Shown here: one piece after another, positions 1-12,180 of the stretch | Layout: each line of letters opens with the position of its first letter | Numbering within the stretch: position 1 is the first letter of the stretch | Program-made: the position numbers and the translations under genes | DNA from: Botryllus schlosseri | Taxonomy: Eukaryota | DNA: 64,000 nt | Assembly: GCA_051294905.1 (NCBI GenBank) | Contig: CM119382.1 | Coordinates: 1,922,001-1,986,000, forward strand | Reading direction: 5' to 3' | The notes under the pieces: generated by a model | What the model saw: only the letters and a program-made list of their open reading frames with translations | What the model was told of the DNA's origin: nothing | Database searches by the model: none

Positions 1-72
1 ACGTCCTCCGAGGACACTTTCAAAAAAGTCAAAAAAGAGGACATATCCGGACGAGGACGTATGGTAAGCCTA
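1..72. mobile_element. Right end of a hAT-type MITE with GAGGAC subterminal repeats (truncated by window edge)
   Basis: Near-identical to 44098-44171; ends in tggtaagccta. Confidence 0.75.
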
Positions 73-562
73 CTGTTACAGTGCAAACAATTTGAGTCTA
101 TTCAGAAGCGGTAACAATCAGGTGTTTATCGTGTATGTTAGGCTTCCCATTCTTTTTGCTAATTGGCACCGATTCCGAATGGATACTGCACATTTTGTGG
201 TTTGATATTATGAACCTATGTAATTACTAGGTTTTTCCTTCTTATTATTCTTTGTTGGTACTGATTATTAGTGGATACTGCACATTTTTTGGTCTCTTTT
301 GATAAACTGACCCAAATAAAGCGTTTTTATGACTAATTCGAGTCTGAAAATATCTATTTAGAGGTCGATGCCAAAACTGCCAAAAATAAAAATTGAAAAA
401 TGCCAAAAATAAGCTATTTTTGGCAGTTTTGGCATATGCCAAAAATAGCACGGCCTGGGTATAGGCCTAGGTGTCTTGACCTCCGTCGGAATCCCCGAGA
501 CTAGATAAGGAAACCCTGGGATTACCGGGTAAGGAACACTGACGTACACGAGGCGTTCAAAG

Positions 563-987
563 CAGTGATGACGAGCATTGGACGGACTCGGATAGGGTTA
601 GGACTGGAATTTGCACACTTTTGATACATTCGGATCGGATTATATTGCAGATTTTGTTTCGAATAGTTGTAATTTCGGTTTCGGATAACTTTGGCTAGGC
701 TTGATTTTAAGTCTAAAGAGAAAATCGCCCTTTCGACAACAAAACACGGACAGTAAACACGTTCTGATAGCACTCTTTCAAAGGTCCATGCAAATATGAA
801 TCAGCTAACCCTAACCTTTGTAAAGAATACTCTGCTCAGATCTACAATCAGGATTCTCCGGAATTATAGTTATTTCATGCGGATTTGCGTGGATTCCTTG
901 TTGAGATTGTTCGGGCGGATAGATCCTCAGAGACTCGAGCTGTCGGACGGATTCGGATTCTCAGAAATCAATATCCGCTCATCTCTG
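563..987. mobile_element. hAT-type MITE with GGATT/CGGATT arrays
   Basis: Right end atccgctcatctctg is shared with 34014-34434. Left end is decayed and no TSD was found. Confidence 0.55.
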
Positions 988-1106
988 GCCATAGATGCGA
1001 TCACGGCCGCAATTTCAAGAGAAATCAGTTACATTTTCCACTGATAAAATGCATGCCATCATTTATTTCGCGAAAAGCCAACGAACTATCAACAAATCGC
1101 CAAACA

Positions 1107-1276
1107 CTAATTCAAACATAACAGCTTCCTATTGGTTCTTCCTTGAATATTCGGAACGACAAATTTGTTCGAGTAGTCCGTCGTAAATCTTCTCATCGCC
1201 TCTCTGACGACATTGGGAGTCAGGGCTAGCTTTCGATTTAATGGTCTCTCGTCGTTCGTTCGTCCGGTAGTCTCGC
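1107..1276 (-). CDS. SUPT3H: SUPT3H terminal exon: ETTGRTNDERPLNRKLALTPNVVREAMRRFTTDYSNKFVVPNIQGRTNRKLLCLN*
   Basis: gatacag|GC (phase 1, in frame with the previous exon). ALTPNVVREAMRRF matches AIQPCHIREAIRRY. Stop TAG at 1109-1107. Confidence 0.88.
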
Positions 1277-1400
1277 CTGTATCAAACGTAACACAAATGG
1301 AGCACCTGAGTGATTCGATTCTGAATAGGATATTACGACGTCACGACAGTATACAAGATATGCAAAGTTCAAATAGAAAATAGAATTTATTTTTGATAAC

Positions 1401-3049
1401 AAGGGCGATTTTTTACCTAAAACACGGAAGATTTTGACTTAAAAATCAAAATTTATGCCTTAAAAAACTGAATTTTGACCAAATAATGACCTCATGTATT
1501 AAATTCGTTTTTTCCCCACAAAATGTTAGAATTGTACTACTTATCTCCATTCTGGTTGGAAGTGTCTGTCCTTACGAAAGAATTTGGCCTGAAAAAAACT
1601 TTTTAGACCAAACAATGATAAATTTATTCATGAAAAAACATCATTTCAACGAAATTTGGACCTATGAAGAATTCCAATAGTTACATCACGTAATATGATA
1701 AAAATAATGGAAATTTGTTGTAGTACAACGAAAGATACTTTCCTACATTCTCGGGTAGAAAGAACGTTCAACAGCAGCAGTTGTTGGCTGACAACACTCA
1801 AGTTGTGCGTACAGTGCGGGTGACACACCGTGGTGCTTCATTCTGCAATGGTGTCTACATCACAATTTTTCATCATGCGCATGCGCCAATTGCCCATGCA
1901 GTCATGCTCCAGTTAGGATATTGCGTAACACAGTGGTCGGGAACCTATGGCTCTTTGTGGTAAGATATGGCTCTTAACCAAATATTTATTTTTGTACTGA
2001 ATTGATCAACATTGCAGCGACTTGTTGGTAAATTTTCATTACAGTCGGACTAATTATATTCTTGTGGCAGTATAGACATGTCCTTGAGAGGTAACAAAAT
2101 GCCGTCTTCAGGTTTAGGGGCACGGACCTCCTCTTTTCCAAATCATCAAATTTCAGTTACTGCCACGCCGGCGGTCAATATCACACGCGAATTCTAGGTA
2201 GGCTACCCGACTCGATATCTTGAATTGTGCGATACGTTGATTAATCAAACAGCATAGCGGACATGGCAACGCCCATTTCAAAACGTAGTCTTCCTGATCC
2301 ACGGCGCGGAATGAACTGTTGTGGATGTGACAATTAGAAACTCGAATTCCAAACAAAGGCATAGCTATCCACGTTCTTGATTGGTAAGTATAGCTCTATG
2401 CAGTACCGGCGATAAAATCTAGACGTGTACCGCAACGTTATGTTACCGCCGAATACTTTTAGAATTAGGGAGTCGTTAAGTAATTAGATTTTTGAAATCA
2501 TTGTGACAGTCACATTCGATTAATATCAGTTATAATAAATTCGAAGCTACTTACTATGAATTGCGTTATCAATGGTGAGGCTTGGCCCGTCTGTGCCTTA
2601 CCTCTCGTTTCGAGCATTATTTTCGAACGATAAATACCAGTTTTTACAGAGAAAATATGGCGCACATGAGGAATCCCACGTAGTGAGCTCGAATAAGTGC
2701 TACCATGACGTCAAGAATTTTCAATTGTAACGTAGCACTTGATTGACATGTATGGCTCTTTGTGAGTTGCGATGGAAAACGTTCCCGACCACTGGCGTAA
2801 CACCATGTCAACCTATTTGTTTGATTTGGCCGATTATGATTCACAAGGAGTAGATAATGGGCCTCCTAAAACGGTAGGCCTATAAAGTAGGCTACAGGCT
2901 GAAAAATGTCAAATGAAAAGTTCACCGACAGTGCAAGCATTTATGATACAAACGAAATGCAGGTGGCAAAAATGCATTTCGTGATCTTGTAAACAATTTT
3001 GACAATTTTTGATCTAACACCACAATTTTTACAAAATTTGGTCGCCCTA
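1401..3049. mobile_element. Non-autonomous Ac-type hAT in the last SUPT3H intron, with a hAT dimerisation-domain remnant and a nested insertion
   Basis: Ends aagggcga / tcgcccta, perfect TSD ttgataac (1393-1400, 3050-3057). Homologous to 38204-39013. Confidence 0.85.
1931..2794. mobile_element. Buster/Charlie-type hAT MITE nested in 1401-3049
   Basis: TIR cagtggtcgggaac / gttcccgaccactg, perfect TSD gcgtaaca. Confidence 0.9.
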
Positions 3050-3187
3050 TTGATAACTGTCAGCAGCAAGGAGCGAATCATTTCGGTATTCGAAACAATC
3101 TCTCTCACTACTTGACTCGAATCGTACGACCAAACACTCGATTCAGATTGTAGCAATCCCTGGGCGTAAGGAATGTCCGCAGCTCAC

Positions 3188-3326
3188 CGATATTTTCCGC
3201 TCTCGCCAGCAGAGACTCGGACGCGTACACGGGCAGGTGACGCGAATCGGGTTCGAGTTCGCAGGGGAGCAAGGGCGAAAGCGTTTCGGATCGAACCAGC
3301 AGAGCCATGTCCACCAACTCGGCAAT
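3188..3326 (-). CDS. SUPT3H: SUPT3H exon: IAELVDMALLVRSETLSPLLPCELEPDSRHLPVYASESLLARAENI(G)
   Basis: ttccag|ATT to ATC G|gtgagc. Matches VAQLVDLALLVRQD. Confidence 0.9.
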
Positions 3327-4749
3327 CTGGAAACATAGATCGACCAACGTAAAAGCGCAGTGGACAAGGCACTGAAAGCAATCCTCGATGGTACTGAAGT
3401 ACATGTTGATTCAAGATCGTAATGGTGGAAAGGTAAGTGTTAACCTGGTATTGCCTAATGCAGAAAACTGTATAATACGTTGTAGTGAGTAGTGAGTGAC
3501 GTCGTTTATAGCAGCGGTTTTCATCAAGGGTTGCATTTAAAACAAAAATCAATTTACAACAAACATGTTTTCATTGTTTTTTTCAAGCCATGACGTCACG
3601 AATGTTCAACTGTAACGCCATAATGGATTGACACTTAAAATTGAAAATATAGCTTATTCGACGAAATATCTACGTACTGTAGCTGTTGAACCGACAACAA
3701 TTTTGAGGGTTCCAACCATCCCATATCACATACGTCGGCTATATCGGGTGGTAATTGTCCGTAGGCTCTTACATCATGTTGTTTGGAAAGTATTTACACA
3801 ACTATGGCATGATTTTACAACTTTGTTTTAAGCACTGTGTAAAACATGTTTTAAACAACCATATGTTTTAAATGCAACATTTTCCTCAACCATTTTGACA
3901 TCGCGGGCCAGCAAAACTTCGAAGTAAATGCCGCAGACCGGTGAACCTTCATAAATCAAAACTATCTCTATGTTTAAAACGACACTGAGCAATCGCAATC
4001 AAGTTAGTGAATTTTAACAGGACTTTGCGAATTTAGCCTCGTAGAAACTTCAACGGAATCAATGAAGTATCCATTATAATGCATTTGAATCGCATACGTT
4101 TGTCGTAATTAAAGAAATGTGACTTTTCTGTTTGTAATAGACTGTAATATACCGTAAAGTGTCGCATAATTGCACGTATACTTAAGTTGACGAGGTTTGT
4201 TTATACGTTTCTATAGCTTTCACCACCTGGTCGACGGAAAACTTCATCGCTTTATCAAATATGCCGGACTTGCAGTGTGGAACATTTATCTCGCCGGCTA
4301 TCCGACAGTCGTCGAGCGTGTCTACATTCAAGTCGAAGAAAAAACAATTTCTACTGAATCAATACTAGTCACCCTCGAGTTTACCAGACGAAGATCTGAC
4401 ATGTCGATCTCGCCTTCCGTCGCATGTCAACTAGTTTTGCCGCTTGTTCTATTATAATATCTCCTTTTACTCTTCAGACAGCGTGCACGCCTCCTCTTTA
4501 CATCGCCTAGGCGCGGGTGGGTGTCTGATTTCAAAGACTACTCCAAGTGGTTTCGATACCTTCCTATCTTTTCATTGCAGTCTTGTGGTGTTTGAAATGA
4601 TGAAAATATTAATAATAAACTGATACTGATGACTGAACAAATTTAGCAACCACGGTTCTACTTCATCATGACAATGATTTCCGAGCCCAAAATTTGGCGT
4701 GGAAAGGCGATGTGGAACACAGAGGTGGACTTTTTCAAATACATATAAT

Positions 4750-5040
4750 TAAAATTATAATTGTGCAGTTTTTCTTCAAATTAAATTAGAATTACTGAAT
4801 TTGCGAAAACTTGGAAATAGAATTAACGAATTACAATGAATTGCAACAAAAATCAAGTTCAGTTCATTCATATCCAATCAGAGTGTAGCAAGCTTGGCTC
4901 GTTTCGCACTATACAGTTCTCCGGTAGCATTGTGCGGAACACCAGGAATTGGATTAAAACTAAAATTAGAGCATAGAAACATTTCACAGATCTGGATTTC
5001 GTTCTAATTAGTCTAACTAGGACACTAGAATTATTGAGTA
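4750..5040 (+). repeat. Dispersed 'Repeat A' (AATTAG-rich, about 300-400 bp), representative copy
   Basis: Core ttagaattactgaattcgc...agcttggctcgtttcgcactatacagttctcc recurs at about 8927, 10115(-), 21010, 22085, 23380, 31285(-), 33600(-), 35020, 40845, 50630, 52080(-), 57440, 60150(-), 60640(-), 61615. Boundaries are approximate. Confidence 0.8.
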
Positions 5041-5087
5041 GTAGAAGTCGGGCGGAAGGCAAGGGATCCGCATGTTACTTCACAAAC

Positions 5088-5203
5088 CGTTTCTTGACCG
5101 AGGTATTCTATCGCGTCCCATCCGAAGTCAGAAACGGGCTCAGAAATTCCCATCTTCTCCAAATCAAACCAGTCACGCAATCGCTTCTTGCGATGGCCGG
5201 CGC
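5088..5203 (-). CDS. SUPT3H: SUPT3H exon: AGHRKKRLRDWFDLEKMGISEPVSDFGWDAIEYLGQET
   Basis: tttgtag|GC (phase 1) to ACG|gtttgt. Matches KFRDWLDC...MEILAYLAYET. Confidence 0.9.
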
Positions 5204-5626
5204 CTACAAACAGACATGAGTGTCAGAGATGAACACTTGAATAAAACCACTTACATTAGAGCCGGGCAAAATCGACTATCTCTCACAATAGCGTCACAAT
5301 AGTATGAATGACGGGGTTTAAATACTGCCGCTTATGCTACCAAACATAATGTAATGCCAGTTCTATTTCAAATTCGAGAAAGAAACGTGCACCGCAGTTA
5401 TAATATTAATTCTAATCTAATTTAGAAGAGATGAACATTTTCTAGATATCCAGCTCTGCGTGGACCGCCTCTGGGTGGATTGTATGCTGTGCTGGTACAA
5501 CGAACTTCGCCCTACATCTATATCGCAACCATCCTCTCTATGAAATCAAAACGAAAAACAGTTTGCAGCAGAACGAGGTAACCAGACGCACAAAATCTCG
5601 TAAATTATGGGCAATGCCGCTCGGAC

Positions 5627-5714
5627 CTTTCTTCGTAGAAAACGCCACCCGTCTCAGCTTCACGAATTCCATGTATTCAGAAGTGTTCATGTTTCTGGTT
5701 AGCTTTTCTGCGCG
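5627..5714 (-). CDS. SUPT3H: SUPT3H exon: RAEKLTRNMNTSEYMEFVKLRRVAFSTKK(G)
   Basis: tttcag|CGC to AAA G|gtccga. Matches [28 protein letters not shown]. Confidence 0.92.
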
Positions 5715-5860
5715 CTGAAAAAGACACAATCACGGCACGCTTCGACATCACGCCAACGATGAGCGAACTAGATTACTGTGCGATTAAGTCCAAACGGAGG
5801 TTTCTACACTGTAAATCAAAAGGTGGTACTTATGGAGGTATATGGCAGGTCACACCTTTG

Positions 5861-6500
5861 CCGGATTCCGACGATTCACTGATTATATTGTTACGTTGCG
5901 TATAAAAACAGTGCACACCAAAATTGGCTCGATTCCAACTGGTAGATGTGAAGAACTCACAGGAGTTGGAAAATTTTGAATTCATTACAAAAAAATTTGA
6001 AATTTTTCTTCTTCAAATTTTATCATTGAGTTATACACAACAACGATGCAACACGAATTTGACGCAATATCAAACCGTAGAAGCGAATTTATATGAGTTT
6101 TTCCTTGATAGTTCATGCTTCATAACATCGGCTGAAAACTATATAAAGTTCGATCTCTGCGTGACTGCTGGATCGTGAAGTTGCCATTGAAATTTCAAAA
6201 ATTGCAGCTCCATTACGGTGGCGTTCTGAAGAAAACGGCTGCGGCCAAAATTTTTGTTTCGGTTTGCCCTTCAATTTGAGACCACATCATCTCTAGAGTG
6301 CACTGCCCCTTTAATAATTTCAAGGGGTTGACAGTACAGTTTGATTTATTTTTTACAATATTTTTATAATAAATTCCAAATTTTCAAACTTCTGTGCGTT
6401 CACATCTACCAAGCCTATTTGGTGTGCAGCGTTTTCTTAGGCAACATAACTATTTAATCAGTCAATCCCCGGAATCCGGAAGTTATTTTTGAACAACCCT
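5861..6500. mobile_element. Long-TIR foldback MITE ('Repeat B')
   Basis: About 150-bp inverted arms (ggattcactgatt...agatgtgaa / ttcacatctacc...gaatcc...tttgaacaaccct). Other copies at 9760-10103, 32300-32725, 53149-54184. Confidence 0.75.
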
Positions 6501-6959
6501 CAATTGTCAGGGTTGTAGTTGGTCCTGTTTTAATGCATCACCTCAAGAAATCCAGAAAGGCGGTACAGAGGGGACACGCAAACATACTTCATTTTAATTG
6601 TGGGGTGTATCTCCACTCCATAAAAATTGATGTATTTGAGTCATTTTCGCCGATTGGAACGGTGTGATAGCACGATTTGCTGCCTGTAAGTGTCGGATAC
6701 ATGATTTACACTCTGCGCCATGGTGGATACCTGACCAACACACATCTTTACCATCCATCAATTTACAGTGTATGATGAACGCAAGAAATCAGACGAGATT
6801 CGACAATAGATTCACTTCACAAACCACAATCGACAAAATCGGCATTCAGTTGAAACAATTCAATCGCAATTCGTCGGAAAATTTGAGGTATATTCAGAAG
6901 AGGTTGAGAGTAAGAGTGATTGGATTCGCGATTGAATGAGTTTCGTGAAAAAGAGGCAC

Positions 6960-7084
6960 CTCATTTCTTTTCATTTTGATATCGTCAACGGTTTTCGCGG
7001 TGGCCCAACGCTGCAATTCTCCGAATTCGTCGATTTCGATCAAGAACTGCATGCACCGTTTGTAGCGCTTCAGCGAGTTGATTC
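6960..7084 (-). CDS. SUPT3H: SUPT3H exon: (G)INSLKRYKRCMQFLIEIDEFGELQRWATAKTVDDIKMKRNE
   Basis: cttcag|GA (phase 1) to GAG|gtgcct. Matches [37 protein letters not shown]. Confidence 0.9.
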
Positions 7085-7399
7085 CTGAAGGATAAAAAGC
7101 AGTGCTTCTTAACCTTTAACGAGCAACCCGTAAGCTTATCTGTAAGTCTTCCGGCAACCACAAGTTTTGGCAAAGTCCCAAAAACGAAGCCACATTACAT
7201 ATCTAATACATTGCTATAGATGACTGGTGCAAAAAAATGAACTGTACAACAACAGTTTTATCACAGAGTGACATCACAAAACATATGCACAAGTTGAGTT
7301 CGTTCCTGGACCTCCACCGAAACCCCTAAGTCTGACTCAGTGTTGCCGTGGGGTTCCCGAGAACAGGGGGAACAAGGTCTACTCACGTATCGAAAATAG

Positions 7400-7915
7400 C
7401 GACTAGAACTACTACTGTCAAATTTTCAAAACTAGCAAATAGAACTGGAACTATTCAGAAATCCAGTAGTTGGTTGACGGTCAAGTAACTATATAGATCG
7501 GTAGTTTGTGCAGGTCTGGTGTCCAGATGTAGTTGCAACACGCATGATACCTGCTGAATTGTACCAACTAACAATCTAGTTATTTGATCGTCAACTTACT
7601 ATTCGTTTTTTTTCTTGGCTCCTCCCATCCAGATCATCCGTGTAAGCTGTGTCTTATATAAGCCTAGAAGTGTACCGTGCTACAAGTCGGCGACTTCGGA
7701 ATAAAGTATGAAGAAAATTGACCTGGTGTAAATGACCATTGTAGTCGACAATCACCATGAATACTGCATACAGGAACCACTCGTTTTTGAGTAATTCTAG
7801 TTCTAGTTATGGTTGCGAATTTTGAATAATGAGCAGTTCTGGTTCTAGTAGAATTTTGTAAAGTGAGTAGTTCTAGTTACGAATTCTGAAATGTGAGGAT
7901 TTCTAGTTCTAGTTC
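7400..7915. repeat. AGTTCT/AGAACT-array element with inverted arrays, flanking a SINE fragment
   Basis: aactagaactactac at about 7400-7460 and gtagttctagtt at about 7790-7915. Similar arrays at about 52430, 57860, 62690, 63120. Confidence 0.5.
7640..7770 (+). mobile_element. 3' fragment of tRNA-derived SINE family 1
   Basis: aagcctagaagtg..gtgctacaagtcgg...ggtgtaaatgaccattgtagtcgac is shared with 58495-58760. Confidence 0.75.
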
Positions 7916-8390
7916 AGTGGTTCCCAACCTTTTTGTCTTCATTACCCACTTCAGATTTATTCCGAGCCTTCATTCCCAATCACCCAAAACTTTTGTCATT
8001 ACGGAATTGCTATTGGCTTGTTTGAGTACACAAGACGCACAACCATGCCAGTACGCAAGAAAATGGCTTTTAACTGCAACCTAAAAGTATTGTGAACCGA
8101 TACCGGTAACCCGCAAAATTTAGCGAAAAGGTTATTCCACGTCATACTGTCGTGCTGGATCCGTTTGTGACGCCATCATTGGGTATCCGGAGTTGACAAT
8201 GAGTTTTTGTGAACAACACGCAACATAATTTCCGATACATACATTCCTGAGCAGTTAACTGGAAACGGTAATTGCGCATGCGCCTCAGTAAATATGTGAA
8301 CTGTCCTGTATATAGTGTTTAATAAATGGGTCTATTCTCCACCAGAAACCATTGAATTCCCCACCAGCGGAACCAGTGAACCACCGTTCC

Positions 8391-8690
8391 AGTTGCTACT
8401 TTCAAAATGTCAGTACTTTTAGTACTAGTTGGTAATTTCGAAAAGTGAGTATAGTTCAAGTTGTAGTAGCTAATTTCAAAAATTGAGTACTTCTAGTTCT
8501 AGTTGCTACTTTCAAAAAGTCAGTACTTTTAGTACTAGTTGGTAATTTCGAAAAGTGAGTAGCTCCAGTTGTAGCAGCTAATTTCAAAAATTGAATACTT
8601 CTGGTTGTAGTTGCTAATTTTGAAAGATGACTAGTTCTAGTTCTTGTTCTAGTTGCGCATTTTGAAATTCCAGCAGTTTTTGAAAAGTCC
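8391..8690. repeat. Minisatellite of AGTT-rich units with a ~110-bp higher-order duplication
   Basis: tcagtacttttagtactagttggtaatttcgaaaagtgagta occurs twice (about 8410 and 8520); repeated gtagttgctactttcaaaa units. Confidence 0.75.
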
Positions 8691-8696
8691 GGAAAC

Positions 8697-8889
8697 CTGC
8701 CAAATCAAAGTCCATGTTCATGTCGTCTGCAGTCGCGGCCGGCACGAGCTGCGAGTGAGAGTCCATGAACTTCATCCTCGAAACGAAACGATTCAGCTTG
8801 CCGGCGTCGTGGCGTAACAGAAAGAGAAATTCGGCGAGACAAATTTCGTGCGACGAACGCATGGACGCGACTTCCGCCGCTCGCAGTAA
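8697..8889 (-). CDS. SUPT3H: SUPT3H exon: LLRAAEVASMRSSHEICLAEFLFLLRHDAGKLNRFVSRMKFMDSHSQLVPAATADDMNMDFDLA
   Basis: ttccag|TTA to GCA G|gtttcc. Matches [35 protein letters not shown] (first histone-fold half). Lies inside ORF 8614..8901. Confidence 0.92.
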
Positions 8890-9039
8890 CTGGAAAGACA
8901 AGTCGATTTTGAACAGTTTTTTTTATCTCGAATTCTGAAAATTGAATTTAATTCCGAACTAGAAAATAACCAAGTTTCCTTCATATCCAATAGAGTTCAT
9001 TCTGATAAGCACGAGCATGGCAAATGCCACGATTTTGTG

Positions 9040-9515
9040 ATGACTCGACTTGACTCGAGTCATTTTCTCAAAATACGGAATTGACTCGACTTGGACTCGA
9101 GTCATTGCGCATGACTCGAACCAAGTCATATAAATCGAGACTGAGTCGACCAAGACCGACATTTCATTGTAATATCGAAGAATAGTAAAGTAACCACAGT
9201 ATTAGGATTTTGTCTATTGGTACTGGTACTTGAAAATGCGACCAGAAACTGCTAAAACTGAGGAAAATTAGTATATTATAAATGCGAGCCATACGATATC
9301 ACCAACAGAGTTATGAAAAGTGGGTTTTCCAAGACTTTAACTGGAAACTGAGCAGTCAACAGAATGACTTGGACTCGGACTCGAGTCATAATACCCCATG
9401 ACTCGGACTCGACCCTCTACTCGCTGACTTGGACACGGACTTGACTCGGTGGTGAATTGAAAATGACTCGACTTGACTCGAATCAAAACTATAAAAGTGA
9501 GATTGACTTGTGACT
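9040..9515. mobile_element. GACTCGAGTC-array hAT MITE (inverted relative to 53510-53971), termini decayed
   Basis: 9226-9345 is the reverse complement of 53700-53820. Confidence 0.8.
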
Positions 9516-9619
9516 TGGTTGCTATTCTGGTGTGAATACACACTTTTGTCGCTGAGAGTGTACTCAATCACTGACAACCTCTAGTAAACGCCGAGTTATT
9601 TGCAAACACTAAGACTCAC

Positions 9620-9704
9620 CAGTTCTGATATTTGCAAGAAAACGATTTCTTCCACCAGCGACACGGTCTCGGGGAGAGGCATTCTGACGTCACCGTAAAC
9701 GTAC
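9620..9704 (-). CDS. SUPT3H: SUPT3H coding exon (most 5' exon found): (M)YVYGDVRMPLPETVSLVEEIVFLQISEL
   Basis: Acceptor tcacag|G, donor CTG|gtgagt. Matches human SUPT3H [29 protein letters not shown] (recalled). The preceding intron is phase 2. Confidence 0.92.
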
Positions 9705-9759
9705 CTGTGACGAGTTACAAATTTCATCAATTTTGTCCACAGCAGACCACCTGGACACT

Positions 9760-10103
9760 GGAATTGTTCAAATATAACTTTTTTGGGGATTCCTGGGATT
9801 CACTGATTATATTGTAGGGTTTCCTAACAATCGCTGCTCACCAAATTTTAGTCGATTCCAACTGGCAGATATGAACGCACAGCAGTTTGAATAATTTGAA
9901 TTTATTATGAAAACGTTTTTTTTTTAATTCATATTTTATTGTCAACCCCATGAAATTGTGAAGCTGTCAAAAATAACTCCTGTGCGTTCACATCTACTAG
10001 TTGGAATCGAGCCAAATTTGGTGTGCAACTTTTTTTCAGGCCATCTAATAATTTAATCACTGACTCCCTAGAATCCGACAACGAGTTATTTTTTAACAAC
10101 TCC
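9760..10103. mobile_element. Long-TIR foldback MITE (Repeat B)
   Basis: Begins gaattgttcaaatataac, ends gttattttttaacaactc. Confidence 0.7.
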
Positions 10104-10859
10104 ACTGGACTGGTAGAAATTATATATTCTAATTGCCTAATTAGAATAGCTACAGCGAAATACCAATAATCTTATTCTAATCTTATTTGTGAAATGTGTC
10201 TATGCTCTCATACTAATGCTATTCTAAATAATGTCAGGTTTTCCTGAAAATACTACAGAACTGTGTTGAGTGAAACGAACCAAGCTTAGTGTACTGACAT
10301 TTGCCGTTCTCGTGCTTATCAGAATGAATTATGTTTTGATATAAGCTGGACATGGATTTTTATTGTCTTTCACTGTAATTCAGAATTCTTTTTTCAAGTT
10401 TTTGCGCGTTTAGTCATTCTCATTCTTCTCTATTTTAAATAAGTAAAACTGTGTAGCAAGAATTCTAATTCTAATCTAATTCCGTGAAGCTGCAAAGTTT
10501 CAAGTTGAGTAACTCAGGCCCACTGTGTTGACGGAGTACAGCCGAGCCGTGACATCATCTCTCATTACGTACGCAAATTGATGTGGTTTTCGACAACGCA
10601 AACGATAAAGACGTACAAAATATCTGCCAACGAATAAGCCCTGCCATTGTCACCCGAGGATAGCTGGGTTTTTGAGCATAAGAGACAACAAAGCTTCGTT
10701 TCTGTAAAATGTACGGCTGACATAAAATGTCAGCGTACAGCTCACGAAATTTGTCCCATGCCGAGCTCGTCTTGATGTTTTTACGGCATGTATACCGACT
10801 CATGATATACATATACACGATCTGTGCATGCATATGCATACCATGAGTGCATGATGTGC

Positions 10860-11947
10860 ATATGCCGCTGGACAAGGAAGGTGCAGGCAGATATAGCCTT
10901 GTATACGGCTTTCTAAGTCTTGCACCACCCCTTCGTGCTATCCCAGTAATGCAGGGGTGTCAAACTCAAATTGCGTCGCGGGCCGGATCCACGCATTCAA
11001 ATCGCTCGCGGGCCGGGCTAGACAACTGATTCCAAAATGTTACCTCGTGCTCTTGCTTTCCACTTGAATATCTATCATATATAGATAATGCACGGATCAT
11101 AGGGTTTTCAAAGTAGAAAGTCTCAACACCTCTATTCACGAATGATGGACTTGGCAAAATACGATGATTGTCCGATTGAATACAGTTGAAGACCGCTAAA
11201 ACACTGGTGTTAGGTTAACGACGATATAAGTTGCTATATTATATGCTCCCTTTGATTTAGTCGTGATCTGGCTTTAGCCTGCATATGCGTTGTGTTAAAT
11301 ACAAGATATTTAATTGGAGACGTGGACGTTGGAATTTGGTTTCGCGCGTCCGGTTTCTCTCATGTCTGGGGATCTATTGGGTCGAAAGTGACACAGCAGT
11401 GCGATCATAGATATTTCAATTATATATTTGTGTAACTAATATATTTTCGATGTAAACTGCATATAACGGTTCCGCATTGACGTTTTCGCTTCTGTGAATA
11501 ACTACTACTTCTTTCATATTTGTATAAAACTCTGAACTTGGTGCGCACTTTTTGCGTTCCTAAAATTGGATGTCAATTTCACCGACTTGTTACTACTGCT
11601 AACTGGAGTGAAACCACAGCGCCGTGGTCGGGTAGTTAAAACGGGGCCTATGAACAATGAACATGGAAATATTTCCTGCAAGAAATATCAACATTTGTTA
11701 CAAATGTGTTGGAAAATATGAGAATGTTTCAATCTACTCAAAAATACTTCGCGGGTCGGATGAAATCGTCTGGCGGGCCGGATGCGGCCAGCGGGCCATA
11801 TGTTTGACACCCCTGCAGTAATGCATGAGCCTTAGCAGGGAAGTCATGAATACCAGTGTTACTAATCACGTCTTTGGTCTGAACCGGCCGGGGATCGAAC
11901 CCACGACCTACCTATCAAGAATGCGGACGTTTCACCATTACGCTATC
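10860..11947 (-). mobile_element. tRNA-derived SINE family 2, split by a hAT insertion
   Basis: Minus-strand head gatagcgtaatggtg (A box) and ggttcgatccc (B box, 11891-11901). Body ...ttccctgctaaggctcatgcattactgggatagcacg continues across the insertion. 3' boundary approximate. Confidence 0.75.
10952..11815. mobile_element. Buster/Charlie-type hAT MITE (864 bp)
   Basis: TIR caggggtgtcaaac / gtttgacacccctg, perfect TSD cagtaatg. Confidence 0.92.
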
Positions 11948-11994
11948 TTGCTTGTTCTGGACAATTCGTTCTAGGAATGTTTGTCGAATATTCA

Positions 11995-12180
11995 ACTGAC
12001 TTGTTTGTTTGTCTGTTGAAGTGTTTGACCACTACTACGGTCATTTACACAAGGCCAATTGTCTTCATTTTTATTCAGTAGCAGCCGACTTGTGGAGCGG
12101 CCCACTTCTAGGCTTTTTATAAGACACCGCTTACGCGGATGAGATGGCGAGGAGGGGCCTAGATAAATACCACTGCTATC
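11995..12180 (-). mobile_element. SINE family 1 copy with the B-box region deleted
   Basis: Reverse complement of the 58495 body; the head gatagcagtggta joins directly to tttatctaggcc. Confidence 0.7.

Noticed and set aside
10555-10875. 106-aa minus-strand ORF upstream of SUPT3H
   Set aside because: No Spt3 similarity and no phase-2 donor giving a sensible fusion.
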